This document shows, piece by piece, positions 1 to 9,642 of a stretch of 64,000 bases of DNA. The notes beneath the pieces are model-generated. The model did no database searches. It worked only from the letters and a program-made list of their open reading frames with translations, and was not told the DNA's origin. The DNA comes from an uncultured Acidobacteriota bacterium (GTDB taxonomy: Bacteria > Acidobacteriota > Vicinamibacteria > Vicinamibacterales > Fen-181): positions 24,681 to 88,680 of the forward strand of contig CAWJPZ010000005.1 in the NCBI GenBank assembly GCA_963844875.1. Reading direction: 5' to 3'. Numbering within the stretch: position 1 is the first letter of the stretch; each line of letters opens with the position of its first letter. The translations under genes and the position numbers were made by a program.

Positions 1-446
1 TGCTGTTCGGCGGATGGGAGTCCGCCAGCCGGTGCGCCGGGACGACGCTCCAGATCCTGGGCGAGCGGCTCGGCATCGTCAATCAGTTCCAGGGCGTGGA
101 CCAGGTGACCGTCGGCGCGGACGGGGCGCTGCGCGTCACCGAGCGCGTCGAGGGCGGGCGTCACCAGGTGTCGGTCTGCGCAGGCCCGCCGGCCGTGATG
201 GGCTGGGCCACGGGCACCCTTGGAGAGCCCCCGAACAACCCGCAGATCGGCGTCGCGAACATGCGGTCGGTCATGCCCGCGCTGCAGAAGGCCCGGCCGG
301 CGCCCGCCGCGTCGGGCGGGCTCACCTTCGAGCGCGTCAGCCTTCCGGCAGGGCGCCGGGACACGCGCGTCGTGAAGGGAATGTCCGCCGCGGCGGTGGC
401 GGAGGAGATCGTCGAGTGGATCAGGCAGGAACGACCGGATGAGTGA
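1..446 (+). CDS. etfB: Electron transfer flavoprotein beta subunit (3' part; the 5' end lies upstream of the window)
   Basis: The frame is open from nt 3 (LFGGWESASRCAGTTLQILGERLGIV...) through ORF 96..446. The C-terminus is ETF-beta-like. The stop overlaps the next gene's start at 439, the usual etfB-etfA arrangement. Confidence 0.7.
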   Translation, partial: LFGGWESASRCAGTTLQILGERLGIVNQFQGVDQVTVGADGALRVTERVEGGRHQVSVCAGPPAVMGWATGTLGEPPNNPQIGVANMRSVMPALQKARPAPAASGGLTFERVSLPAGRRDTRVVKGMSAAAVAEEIVEWIRQERPDE

Positions 447-1494
447 AACGATTCTCTGGCTGGCCCACACGGCGGAGGACGGCACGTTGCCAACGGCCGC
501 CCGCGAGGCGTTGAGCGGTGCGATCGCCCTGGCCGCCGCGCTTCCCGGGGCCGTGCTCCACGCGGGACTCGTGGGGAGCGAGGTGCAGCGTGCGGCCGCC
601 GGGATTGGCGCTGCAGGCTGCGCCAGGACCTTCGGCGTCAGCGGCGATGCCTTCGGCCCTTCGCGGTACTCCACCGACGCCGCTGCGGCGGAAGCGATCT
701 GCCGGGCGTCGGGTGCCACCCTCGTCGTCGCGGCGAACACGGCGCGATGGCAGCGGGCGCTGCCCGGTGTCGGCGCAAGGCTTGGAGGCCGCGCCGACAC
801 CCACGCCGCCTCGGTGTCGGGAGACGGCGACGGTGTCTCGGTGACTCGCTGGTACTACCGGCAGCGCATGACCGGGTCGATTCGGCGGGAGCAACGGCCG
901 TGGATCATCCTGATGGACCCGGGCGGCGGCCCAGTTTGGGCCGGGACGCCTGAAGCCGTCACGGTCGAGATGGTCGACGTGCCGCTCTCCGATGCGCACG
1001 CGCGGACGCAGGTCGTGGGCTTCGAGGCGCCGCCGGCCGACCGCCAGACCATCCGGCCGGACGCGCCGCTGCTGTTCGTCGCGGGCGCGGGTTGGACGAA
1101 GGCGCAGGCGGACGGGAAGGCCCGCCCGCACGACGCCGGGCGGCTGATCCTGCGGTTTCTCTCGCTCGCGAACGCGTCGCTCGGCGGCACGAAATCGCTG
1201 GTGGACCTGGGCGGTGAAGGCCAGGCGGTGCTTCCGTTCATGTCCCACCTGAACCAGGTCGGACAGACCGGGTCGTCGCCCCGCCACCCGAAGGGGTTGG
1301 CCACCTGCTGTCATGGCGAAGAGCCCCACGTGGTCGGGTGGCGGTTCGTCAGCGAGCGGCGGGCGATCAACCTCGACCCCAACTGCGGCTGGGCGCGCGG
1401 CAAGGCCGACGTGCTCTACGTGGCCGACGCGTTCGAGGTCATGGAGCGGGTGAACGCACTCCTGTCCTCCCCGACTCCTGAATCCCGACTCTGA
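439..1494 (+). CDS. etfA: Electron transfer flavoprotein alpha subunit
   Basis: 351-aa ORF. The C-terminal FAD-binding region is ETF-alpha/FixB-like (...LFVAGAGW...SHLNQVGQTGSSPRHPKGLATCCHGEEPHVVGW...). It directly follows and overlaps etfB. Confidence 0.85.
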   Translation: MSETILWLAHTAEDGTLPTAAREALSGAIALAAALPGAVLHAGLVGSEVQRAAAGIGAAGCARTFGVSGDAFGPSRYSTDAAAAEAICRASGATLVVAANTARWQRALPGVGARLGGRADTHAASVSGDGDGVSVTRWYYRQRMTGSIRREQRPWIILMDPGGGPVWAGTPEAVTVEMVDVPLSDAHARTQVVGFEAPPADRQTIRPDAPLLFVAGAGWTKAQADGKARPHDAGRLILRFLSLANASLGGTKSLVDLGGEGQAVLPFMSHLNQVGQTGSSPRHPKGLATCCHGEEPHVVGWRFVSERRAINLDPNCGWARGKADVLYVADAFEVMERVNALLSSPTPESRL

Positions 1495-1497
1495 TTC

Positions 1498-2930
1498 CTA
1501 CCTCGAGTACGCGTCGATGATGCGCGTGATCGCGCGCTGGCAGACGGGGCAGAATCCCACCTTGTCCCGGGTGAACATGATGCAGTCCGCCGTCGGGCGG
1601 TAGAGTCCCTTCGCCTCGTAGGAGGCGCCTTCGAAGGCGCCCACCTTGCCCGAGGTACGTCATCCCGCCCAGGAACGGCGTCGACCAGTTCATCTCCTCG
1701 GTGAACAGCTGGTTCATCTCGCTCTCTGGCGCGTTCCTGGCGCGAAGCTCGCGGCGTCTCGCCTGGATCTCCCGGCTCTTCTTCTCGTACGCCTCTTTGT
1801 CCCACGGCGTCGGCACGGGTGTGCCGGCCGCCACCAGGTCCTTCCACTTCAAGGTCGCCGGGTCCTTCAGCGCGGTGATGTTCGGTTCCCACGGCTCCGG
1901 GCGGTCGGCGACGCCCGTCTCGTAGGCGACGTCCGAGGTGTAGTACTCGTCACCCAGGCCGGCGAAGTGGTGGCCGAATTCGTGGACGAAGATGTAGTCG
2001 GCGAACGCCGTGTCGACGGCGGCGGTCGCGTGGCTGTTGAACACGCCGCCGCCGCCGTACTGCTGTTCGTTGATCAGGATCTCGAGGAAGTCGTAGGGCG
2101 CCCCCGAGGCGATGTCGCGCATCGCCCGGTTGTCGGTCGTCAGCGCGTAGCGCTCCGAGTCGAAGATGTTGTAGGAGACACCGAGCGGCGTACGGCGGAA
2201 ATCCCCGGTTCGCGGGCGATTTACGCCGCTGCGCGGCGTCGGCAGGTCGATCGCGCGGACGTTGAAGTCCGAGCGCCGGCTCTTGAAGGGCTCCGTCGCA
2301 AACAGCTGGTCGGCGAGCCGCTTCACGTCCGCGTGGAACTTCGGCAGGTCGGCCTCGGCATAGCCGTCGCCGAGGATCAGCAGGTCCACCTTCGTCGCGG
2401 CAGGCCCGTTCTCGAACACCGTCCACACCTTGCCTGCCGGTCTTGCCTCGGCGGGCGTCACGAACCGAGACGCGGGATCGACAACCGTGGACCAGGCTTC
2501 CCGGAATGCGTTCTGCGCGTCGCGCTTCTTCACGACCACCTGGACGGGGTTCTTCGGCCAGGGGAAGCGCAGCGATTCGTGGAACGAGCGGTGCAGCCCC
2601 TGCTTCGGCTCGTCGGTCGTCTCCCACTCGCCGTAAATCGACGCAAATCCGCGCGAGTAGATCGTCCGGTTCGTGGCGCGCTCGATCACCTCGAAGTAGT
2701 ACGGGCCAAGGTTGGTGTCGTCGATCAGCTGGGTGCGGCTGCCGGCCCAGGGGCCGTCCGAGACGACCTGGTCGAGCGCGAACAACTCCTGCCCGCCTCC
2801 CGTGTGGTAGTAGTCCACGCGCATGGTCTTCTCGGTGAAGTAGGTCGAGTACCGACGATTGCGCGTTCGCGAATGAGGCCATGATCACCACCAGCGTCAC
2901 CGTCATTCCGCACGAGAGCTTTTTCGTCAT
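1498..2930 (-). pseudogene. M64 family (IgA-peptidase-like) zinc metallopeptidase, secreted; two frameshifts as sequenced
   Basis: ORF 1439..2824 carries HEFGHH plus YGGGG, the M64 signature. The true C-terminus (GKVGAFEGASYEAKGLYRPTADCIMFTRDKVGFCPVCQRAITRIIDAYSR*) is in another frame, with a shift near 1645-1660. The signal peptide MTKKLSCGMTVTLVVIMASFANAQ (ATG at 2930, AAGGA ribosome-binding site) is in a third frame, with a shift near 2860-2870. Confidence 0.8.
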
Positions 2931-3055
2931 AAGGGTCCTTCGCCCGCCTCGCTGGCGGGCTTCGAGGTTCACGCCACCGTTGGCGCTTCGCCGCGATCCT
3001 GGTGCAGCCTATCGCGGCCGGGAACCGAGGGCAAGTGTCGTAAACTTGTCGCGCC

Positions 3056-5314
3056 GTGACCGAGCAGCCCTTCACGATCGTGCCGACCGGGTGCGCCCAC
3101 AACTGCGGGGGCCACTGCGTGCTGAAGGTCTGGGTGCGGGACGGCCGAATCGAGCGGATCACGACCGACGACCGGCCGGACCTGCCCGACGACCCGCAAC
3201 TGCGTGCCTGCCCACGCGGCCGCGCCTATGCCCGCCGCGTCTACCATCCCGATCGGCTGCTGCACCCGATGAAGCGCGTGGGGCCTCGCGGGGAGGGGCG
3301 GTTCGAGCGCGTCTCGTGGGGTGAGGCGCTGGACCTGGTCGCCTCGGCGATGCTGCGGGTGAAGGACGAGCACGGCCCGGACGCCTTCCTGAACATGCAC
3401 GGCACCGGCGGCGCGAGCCTGTTCTCCGGCAGCCGGATGTCGGAGCGCCTGCTCAACGTCTTCGGCGGACAGCTGAATCACTACAATTCCTACAGCTCGG
3501 CGGCGGCACGCTGGGCGACACCGTTCAGCCTGGGCACCGACGACAGCGGCAACAGCCCGGACGACTGGCTGCGCTCCCGGCTGATCCTGCTCTGGGGCTA
3601 CAACCCCGCCGAGACCGTGTTCGGCACCAACACCAGCTACCGGCTGAAGCTCGCGCGGCAGGCCGGCGCGCGGATCATCGTCATCGATCCGCGCTTGAGC
3701 ATGACGGTGCAGGCGCTGGCGGACGACTGGGTCCCGCTGCGCCCCGGGACCGACAGCGCGCTCATGGACGCGATGGCGTTCGTCATGATCAGCGAAGGCC
3801 TTCACGACCAGGCCTTCCTGGACCGCTACTGCGTGGGGTTCGACGACGATCACCTGCCGGAGGGCGCGGGGGCGGGGCCGTCGTACCGCAGCTACGTGAC
3901 GGGGCGCTCGGACGGTGTCGCCAAGTCGCCTGCCTGGGCCGAGCGCTACACCCAGGTGCCGGCCCGCCGCATCGAGCAACTCGCCCGCGACTACGCGACG
4001 ACGAAACCGGCGGCGCTGCTCGCCGGCCTGTCGTTCAACCGGCGCGCCTTCGGCGAGCAGCCGGTGCGCGGGACCGTCACGCTCGCCGCCATGACGGGCA
4101 ACATCGGGATCCCCGGCGGTTCGGCCGGGGGCGTGTCGTACTCGGTGGCGCGTCCGCTCCCGGTCGGCGACTTTCCGCGCGGGGTGAATTCGGTGACCGC
4201 GTCCATCCCGGTGTTCCGTTGGACGGATGCGATCGTCAGGGGCACCGGGATGGGGGCGGGCGACGGCGTGATCGACCTGCCGCCGGGCCGGCGGACCCTT
4301 CGCAGCAACGTCAAGTTCCTGTTCAACGTCGCCGGCAATACGCTCGTCAACCAGCACGCGAACATCAACCGCACGGTCTCGATCCTGCGTGACCCCGCGC
4401 TGGTGTCGCACATCGTGGTCGTCGACCACTTCCTGACGCCCAGCGCGCGGTTCGCCGACGTCGTGCTGCCCGCGACGATGTGGCTCGAGAAGAACGACGT
4501 CTGCACCATCTGGGGCCACGGCGATTCGCTCATCTTCATGAACCAGGCGATCGCGCCGCTCGGCGAGTGCCGCTCGGACTACGACATCTGCGCCGGGATC
4601 GCGTCACGGCTCGGAGTCGGGGAGGCGTTCACCGAGGGCAAGTCGGAGCTGCAGTGGCTCGAACAGATGGTTGCCCCCGCGGCCGCCGCCGACCCGTCGT
4701 TCCCGGGATTCGGGGAATTCCGCCGCCGAGGCGTTCACGTCTTCCGCTACGCCCGGCCGCACGTGGCCTTCGAGGCGTTCCGGGAAGACCCGGACGCTCA
4801 CCCGTTGGGCACGCCGTCCGGCAAGGTCGAGATCTACTCGGCCCGTCTCGCGGCGATGAACCTGGCGGGCGTCCCACCGATTCCCACGTTCATCCCCGAG
4901 TGGGAGGGCGGGCCGTGGGACCCGCTCTTCGAGCGGTATCCGCTCCAGGCGTTCGGGCGGCACTACCAGCGCCGCACGCACTCGATTTACGACAACGTCG
5001 ACTGGCTCGAGGAGTCGCAGCCGCAGCGCATGTTCATCAATCCGATCGACGCGGCCGCCCGCGGCCTCGAGGACGGCGACGAGGCGCGCGTGTTCAACGC
5101 CCGGGGCGAGCTCAGGATCCGCGTCCGCATCACCCGCCGGATCATGCCCGGCGTGGTGGACATCCCGCAGGGCGCCTGGTGGTCGCCGGGTCCCGACGGC
5201 GTCGACCGCCGGGGGAACATCAACGTGCTGACGTCGGAGCGGCCGACGCCCGGCGCACGGGGCAACGCGCAGCATTCGAACCTCGTGCAGGTCGCCCGGG
5301 TGGGGAGACCGTAG
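3056..5314 (+). CDS. Molybdopterin oxidoreductase, DMSO-reductase family catalytic subunit (DmsA-like), no Tat signal
   Basis: 752 aa. It has an N-terminal Fe-S motif CAHNCGGHC, a DmsA-like YNSYSS segment (Ser Mo-ligand region) and molybdopterin-binding domains. It begins MTEQPFTIVPTGC with no twin-arginine leader. Confidence 0.85.
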   Translation: MTEQPFTIVPTGCAHNCGGHCVLKVWVRDGRIERITTDDRPDLPDDPQLRACPRGRAYARRVYHPDRLLHPMKRVGPRGEGRFERVSWGEALDLVASAMLRVKDEHGPDAFLNMHGTGGASLFSGSRMSERLLNVFGGQLNHYNSYSSAAARWATPFSLGTDDSGNSPDDWLRSRLILLWGYNPAETVFGTNTSYRLKLARQAGARIIVIDPRLSMTVQALADDWVPLRPGTDSALMDAMAFVMISEGLHDQAFLDRYCVGFDDDHLPEGAGAGPSYRSYVTGRSDGVAKSPAWAERYTQVPARRIEQLARDYATTKPAALLAGLSFNRRAFGEQPVRGTVTLAAMTGNIGIPGGSAGGVSYSVARPLPVGDFPRGVNSVTASIPVFRWTDAIVRGTGMGAGDGVIDLPPGRRTLRSNVKFLFNVAGNTLVNQHANINRTVSILRDPALVSHIVVVDHFLTPSARFADVVLPATMWLEKNDVCTIWGHGDSLIFMNQAIAPLGECRSDYDICAGIASRLGVGEAFTEGKSELQWLEQMVAPAAAADPSFPGFGEFRRRGVHVFRYARPHVAFEAFREDPDAHPLGTPSGKVEIYSARLAAMNLAGVPPIPTFIPEWEGGPWDPLFERYPLQAFGRHYQRRTHSIYDNVDWLEESQPQRMFINPIDAAARGLEDGDEARVFNARGELRIRVRITRRIMPGVVDIPQGAWWSPGPDGVDRRGNINVLTSERPTPGARGNAQHSNLVQVARVGRP

Positions 5315-5929
5315 GTGCCGCAACTCGCCTTCCTCATCGACGTGTCCTCCTGCAGCGGCTGCAAGGCCTGTCAGCTCGCCTGCAAGGACCGCCACGGGTT
5401 GGAGACGGGCCGGCTCTTCCGGCGGGTGGTCGAAGTCGAAGGCGGCGAGTGGACGCGGGCGGGCGATGCGTGGGAGACGACGGTCTTCGCCTATTCCATT
5501 TCTGCCTCCTGCATGCACTGCGAGGCGCCGGCGTGCGTCCCGGCCTGCCCGTCCTCGGCAATCGCCAAGGACGCTGACGGCGTGGTGACCGTCTCGCCGG
5601 ATCGATGCCTCGGGTGCCGGTACTGCGAGTGGGCCTGCCCGTACGGCGCTCCGCAGTTCTCGCAGGCCACGGGACTCATGAGCAAGTGCGACCTCTGCGC
5701 GGACGAGCGCGCGGAGGGGCGCCCGCCGTCGTGCGTGGCGGCGTGCCCGCTCCGGGCCCTCGACGTCGGCCCCCTGGACGAGTTGCGCGCGCGTCACGGC
5801 GCGCTGTCGACGCTCGGCCCTCTCCCGGAGCCTGCCCGGACGATGCCGGCCGTCGTCATCGTTGCGCCGAAGGGGGCAGCCGGCCGCCAGGCCACCCGCA
5901 TCGTCAATGCCGAGGAGATCCTGCGATGA
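5315..5929 (+). CDS. DmsB-like 4x[4Fe-4S] electron-transfer subunit
   Basis: 204 aa with four Cys clusters (CSGCKACQLAC, CMHCEAPACVPACP, CLGCRYCEWACP, CDLC...CVAACP). It starts immediately after the DmsA-like stop. Confidence 0.85.
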   Translation: MPQLAFLIDVSSCSGCKACQLACKDRHGLETGRLFRRVVEVEGGEWTRAGDAWETTVFAYSISASCMHCEAPACVPACPSSAIAKDADGVVTVSPDRCLGCRYCEWACPYGAPQFSQATGLMSKCDLCADERAEGRPPSCVAACPLRALDVGPLDELRARHGALSTLGPLPEPARTMPAVVIVAPKGAAGRQATRIVNAEEILR

Positions 5930-6852
5930 GCCGGGCCAGGGGAGAGTGGCCGCTCGTCGCGTTCACCGTGCTCGGACAGGCGGCTGCCGGCATGTTTGCC
6001 GCGCTGGCGCTCGCGCGGCTGCTGCTCCGGGGGGCGATGGACGACGAGGCCGCCTCGCAGCTGCTGGCCGGCCCGACCCTGGCGGTCGGCGTGATTCTCG
6101 GCGCGGCCCTGCTGCTTTCTACGAGGCACCTGGCGCGTCCCATGCGGGCGTGGCAGGCGCTGCGGAACGTCGCCGGTTCGTGGGTGAGCGCGGAAGTGGC
6201 GCTTGGTGCCGCTTTCGCGGTCTCGGGCGCGGTGTTCGCGGGCCTCGAACTCCTCGGAGTCCAGCCGCGGTGGATCCGCGACGGCCTGTGCGCCATCACC
6301 GCGCTGTCCGGCCTCGGCTTCGTGGGCTCGATGGGGCAGGTCTATCGGCTGCCTGCGCTGCCGGCGTGGGATCACCCGTCGACCCCCGTCGGGTTCTTCG
6401 CGACGACCGCGTGGCTGGGCAGCCTGGCGGGCGCCGCGGCCCTGGCGGCCTCGGCATCGCGGACGCTGGCGCCCGCGTCGCTGTTCCCCGAACACCTCGC
6501 CGCGCTGGACGACGCGGTGAGGTGGCTCGCCGGCGCGGCCGTGGCCGCGTCCCTGCTCGACGTGCTGGCGGCGTTCACGCACCAGACCATCCGGCGCGCC
6601 GTGTCGGCCGGGGCGAGCCTGCCGGCGTCGGCGGCGAGCCTTCGGACCCACGGGCGCCTCGCGGCGGGGCGCGCAGTGCTCACGCTCGTTGCGGCCGCGG
6701 CGGCGGGCGCTTTCGCCTTCAGACAGCCGCCCTGGTCCGTCCTGGAACCGGAAGGCGTGGCGTTGCTGGCTGGAGGGTTGGTGCTGGCGGTCGCCGCGTC
6801 GACGATTGGACGCGTGTCGTTCTACGCGGAGGGGCCGAGGGGAGGGATATAG
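5926..6852 (+). CDS. DmsC-like polytopic membrane anchor subunit
   Basis: An ATGA overlap links it to the DmsB-like stop. The roughly 308-aa hydrophobic protein (MSRARGEWPLVAFTVLGQAAAGMFAALALA...) has about 8 predicted TM segments, and its position is typical of dmsC. Confidence 0.6.
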   Translation: MSRARGEWPLVAFTVLGQAAAGMFAALALARLLLRGAMDDEAASQLLAGPTLAVGVILGAALLLSTRHLARPMRAWQALRNVAGSWVSAEVALGAAFAVSGAVFAGLELLGVQPRWIRDGLCAITALSGLGFVGSMGQVYRLPALPAWDHPSTPVGFFATTAWLGSLAGAAALAASASRTLAPASLFPEHLAALDDAVRWLAGAAVAASLLDVLAAFTHQTIRRAVSAGASLPASAASLRTHGRLAAGRAVLTLVAAAAAGAFAFRQPPWSVLEPEGVALLAGGLVLAVAASTIGRVSFYAEGPRGGI

Positions 6853-6881
6853 AGAGAATGAAAACGCGTGGAGCTACTGCT

Positions 6882-6963
6882 GTCAACGAGGCCGCACGGC
6901 GCCGGGGGGGGGACCCGGCGGGGCAGGGGATGCCTGCCCCCGCGGGGGCGCGCCCTCGTTGAC
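6882..6963. terminator. Compound GC-rich hairpin between convergent genes (candidate bidirectional terminator)
   Basis: The outer perfect 10-bp stem is GTCAACGAGG (6882-6891) / CCTCGTTGAC (6954-6963). It encloses an inner hairpin GGGGCAGGGGATGCCTGCCCC (6920-6940). There is no U-tract. Confidence 0.4.
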
Positions 6964-7008
6964 CAATCAGGAATGAATGCGGGTAGAGCAGCCGGGCGCT
7001 GAGAAGAG

Positions 7009-7302
<294 letters not shown>

Positions 7303-7451
7303 CTATACGCAATCGGGCAGGTGCGACAAGTTCCCGGCGATTGTGCCGGGAAGCCGGTAGCCCGGCCACCGATACGACCATTCGGGTCGTCGATCGGGCA
7401 GTTCCTGAAATGCCTGCGGGAGAATTGCCATGTCTGCCCGCTCGCCGCTTC

Positions 7452-8324
7452 CTACTTCAGCAGGCTGATCCCCTGGATGATCGACGCCGCGATGGCCAGC
7501 ACGGTGACGGCCAGGCAGCCGAGCGCGATCACCATGTGATCCGTGCGTTCCGGCTTCATGGGGTCGAGCCAGATCGCGGCGAGATACCCGCCGGCGAACC
7601 CTCCCGCGTGGGCCCAGTTGTCCACGCCCGGCATGAAGATCCCGAAGACGAAGAGCGTCAGCGCCCACGACCACGCCTGGCCCCGCACGAGGCTGCTGCC
7701 GGTGCGGTGTCCGTATCGCACGAGCGCGCCGAGCAGGCCGAAGATCGGCGCCGACGCGCCGATCGTGAACGAGGCGCCGCCCAGGATCGGCACGCCGGGG
7801 AGGACGACCCCGGCGAGCGAACTGAGGAAGAACCCGACGGCCCCGCCGATCGTGTAGATGATGACCAGCCGGCTGGCGCCGAACAACTGGCCGGTGGCGG
7901 GCCCCAGCTGGCGGACCCACATCATGTTGAACAGGATGTGGAGCAAGCCGCCGTGCAGCCAGCCGGCGGTGAAGATCGTCCACCATCGATCGAACATGAA
8001 GACGGGCATCGCGCCGCTGGCGCCGAAGACGAAGAGCGCGCGGGAACTGGGCGACAACAGTGAGAACAGGCCTCCCATGCCGATGTCGCCGCCCGACGCC
8101 AGCAGCGTCAGCACGTACAGCGTGGCGCACGCGCCAATCACGACGGGCGTGAAGCCGAAATCGTTGCCGAGGCGGCGGAGGAGCGGGGCGAACCCGTACA
8201 TGCCCGGGTTCCAGCGGCCGCAGCTGTAGCACCGCTGGTCGTTGACGCCGACGAGGTTGCCGCACGAGGGGCAGACCACCGAGCCCGTTCGCTGCCGGTT
8301 GAACATCCCCCGATCATAGCCCAT
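7452..8324 (-). CDS. Rhomboid family intramembrane serine protease with an N-terminal zinc-ribbon
   Basis: Rhomboid motifs GWLHGGLLHILFNM, GASAPIFGLLGA and HAGGFAGG are present. The N-terminus has CPSCGN...CYSCG. The start could be 8324 (MGYDRG) or 8306. Confidence 0.8.
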   Translation of the reverse strand: MGYDRGMFNRQRTGSVVCPSCGNLVGVNDQRCYSCGRWNPGMYGFAPLLRRLGNDFGFTPVVIGACATLYVLTLLASGGDIGMGGLFSLLSPSSRALFVFGASGAMPVFMFDRWWTIFTAGWLHGGLLHILFNMMWVRQLGPATGQLFGASRLVIIYTIGGAVGFFLSSLAGVVLPGVPILGGASFTIGASAPIFGLLGALVRYGHRTGSSLVRGQAWSWALTLFVFGIFMPGVDNWAHAGGFAGGYLAAIWLDPMKPERTDHMVIALGCLAVTVLAIAASIIQGISLLK

Positions 8325-8330
8325 GGGGAA

Positions 8331-8428
8331 GGCTTCACGCTCCAGGCTTCGGGCGTCTGGCCGGACACGGGCCCAACGCCCAGAGCCCAAGGCTGCCCAG
8401 GGCCTGGAGCCGAGAGCCCAGAGCCCTT
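8331..8428. repeat. 7-nt-periodic array (14 heptamers), GGCTTCN family, imperfect inverted arms
   Basis: GGCTTCA CGCTCCA GGCTTCG GGCGTCT GGCCGGA CACGGGC CCAACGC CCAGAGC CCAAGGC TGCCCAG GGCCTGG AGCCGAG AGCCCAG AGCCCTT. It lies in the divergent intergenic region between the rhomboid gene and the SDR gene. Confidence 0.8.
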
Positions 8429-8437
8429 CAGATCCGG

Positions 8438-8443
8438 TAGAAT
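8438..8443 (+). promoter_or_regulatory. Candidate -10 box TAGAAT
   Basis: GGTAGAATGG lies about 85 nt upstream of GTG 8527. The same hexamer recurs upstream of four other genes in the window. Confidence 0.3.
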
Positions 8444-8526
8444 GGCCGCTGGTCCCCCGCGGTGCCGAACCGCCCCGTTCATCCCGTCACGCGTCCTGTT
8501 CGTCTCCTCGACAAGGAGGGTCTTTC

Positions 8527-9546
8527 GTGCGCAAACCCGTCGTTCTCATCACCGGCGCCGGCGGCGAAATCGGCCACGGCCTGATCAGCAGCCTGGCCGC
8601 CGACGGCAGCCGCGGCATCATCACGCTCGACGTCAACCCGCTCGAGCCCTCGCTCGGCAAGATGGTGTCGCGCGAGTTCCAGGGCTCGATTCTCGATACG
8701 AACCTGCTCGACCGTATCGTCGCCGAGTACCAAGTCGACCTCGTCTTCCACCTGGCGGCGCTCCTCTCCACCCGGTCGGAATTCACGCCAATCGCCGCGC
8801 ACGAGGTCAACGTGGGCGGGACCCTCAACCTGCTGGAGTTCGCGCAGAAGCAGGGCGAGTCGCACGGCCGGCCCGTCGTGTTCCTGTATCCCTCGTCGAT
8901 TGCCGCCTACGGCATGCCCGACCTGGAGACGAAGGAGCGGGCGGGCGAGGTGAAGGAAGACCAGTACAACCACCCCAGCACGATGTACGGCTGCAACAAG
9001 CTGTACTGCGAGCAGCTGGGCGATTACTACAGCAAGCACTACAAGCAGCTGGCGAAGGACTCGGTCAGCCGGAAGGTGGATTTCCGGTGCGTGCGCTTCC
9101 CGGGTCTCATCTCGGCGGTTACGGTGCCATCGGGCGGCACGTCCGACTTCGCGCCCGAGATGATTCACGCCGCGGCCCGCGGCGAGGCCTACGCGTGCTT
9201 CGCGCGGCCGGACACGCGGATTCCCTTCATGGCGATGCCCGACGGCGTGGATGCGCTGCTGCAGCTGGCGGCCGCGCCCCGCGAGCGGCTGCGCCGCACG
9301 GCCTACAACGTGGGGGCGTTCAACCCGTCGGCCGACGAAGTGAAGGAACTGGTGGTCCAGTCGTTTCCCGGCGCGCAGATCTCGTACTCGGTGGACGAGC
9401 AGCGGCAGGGGATCCTCGACTCGTGGCCGGCCGACGTGGACGACTGCGCCGCCCGGAAGGATTGGGGCTACGCGCCGAAGTACAACTTCGAACGCGCGTT
9501 CTCCGAGTACCTCATCCCGACGATCAGGCAGCGGTATCAGAAGTAG
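8527..9546 (+). CDS. NAD-dependent epimerase/dehydratase (SDR) family protein, L-threonine 3-dehydrogenase-like
   Basis: GTG start with an AAGGAGGG ribosome-binding site. It has the Rossmann motif ITGAGGEIG, the YGCNK catalytic YxxxK and a PSGGTSDFAPEMIHAA segment resembling SDR-type TDH. Confidence 0.7.
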   Translation: MRKPVVLITGAGGEIGHGLISSLAADGSRGIITLDVNPLEPSLGKMVSREFQGSILDTNLLDRIVAEYQVDLVFHLAALLSTRSEFTPIAAHEVNVGGTLNLLEFAQKQGESHGRPVVFLYPSSIAAYGMPDLETKERAGEVKEDQYNHPSTMYGCNKLYCEQLGDYYSKHYKQLAKDSVSRKVDFRCVRFPGLISAVTVPSGGTSDFAPEMIHAAARGEAYACFARPDTRIPFMAMPDGVDALLQLAAAPRERLRRTAYNVGAFNPSADEVKELVVQSFPGAQISYSVDEQRQGILDSWPADVDDCAARKDWGYAPKYNFERAFSEYLIPTIRQRYQK

Positions 9547-9556
9547 AACCCTTGTC

Positions 9557-9619
9557 GTGGCTAGTGGCTAGTGGCTGGTGGCTGGACTGCCCACTAGCCA
9601 CTGCCCACCAACCACTACC
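9557..9619. repeat. 7-nt-periodic array GTGGCTA/GTGGCTG x4 facing CACTAGC/CACTGCC-type heptamers
   Basis: GTGGCTA GTGGCTA GTGGCTG GTGGCTG GACTGCC CACTAGC CACTGCC CACCAAC CACTACC. It lies between the convergent stops at 9546 (+) and 9643 (-). Confidence 0.8.
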
Positions 9620-9642
9620 CCTGTCCTGCCAGGCTGTCGACC

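Noticed and set aside
2941-3055. Short inverted repeats (GCCCGCC-tcgct-GGCGGGC; CAAGT-N7-ACTTG) in the divergent region between the M64 and dmsA-like genes
   Set aside because: The stems are short (5-7 bp) and expected by chance in GC-rich DNA. They match no known operator consensus.
6904-6912. A G9 homopolymer between the dmsC-like gene and the ferredoxin gene
   Set aside because: It is part of the GC-rich terminator-like hairpin region. It could be a slippage site but affects no ORF, and there is no evidence of function.
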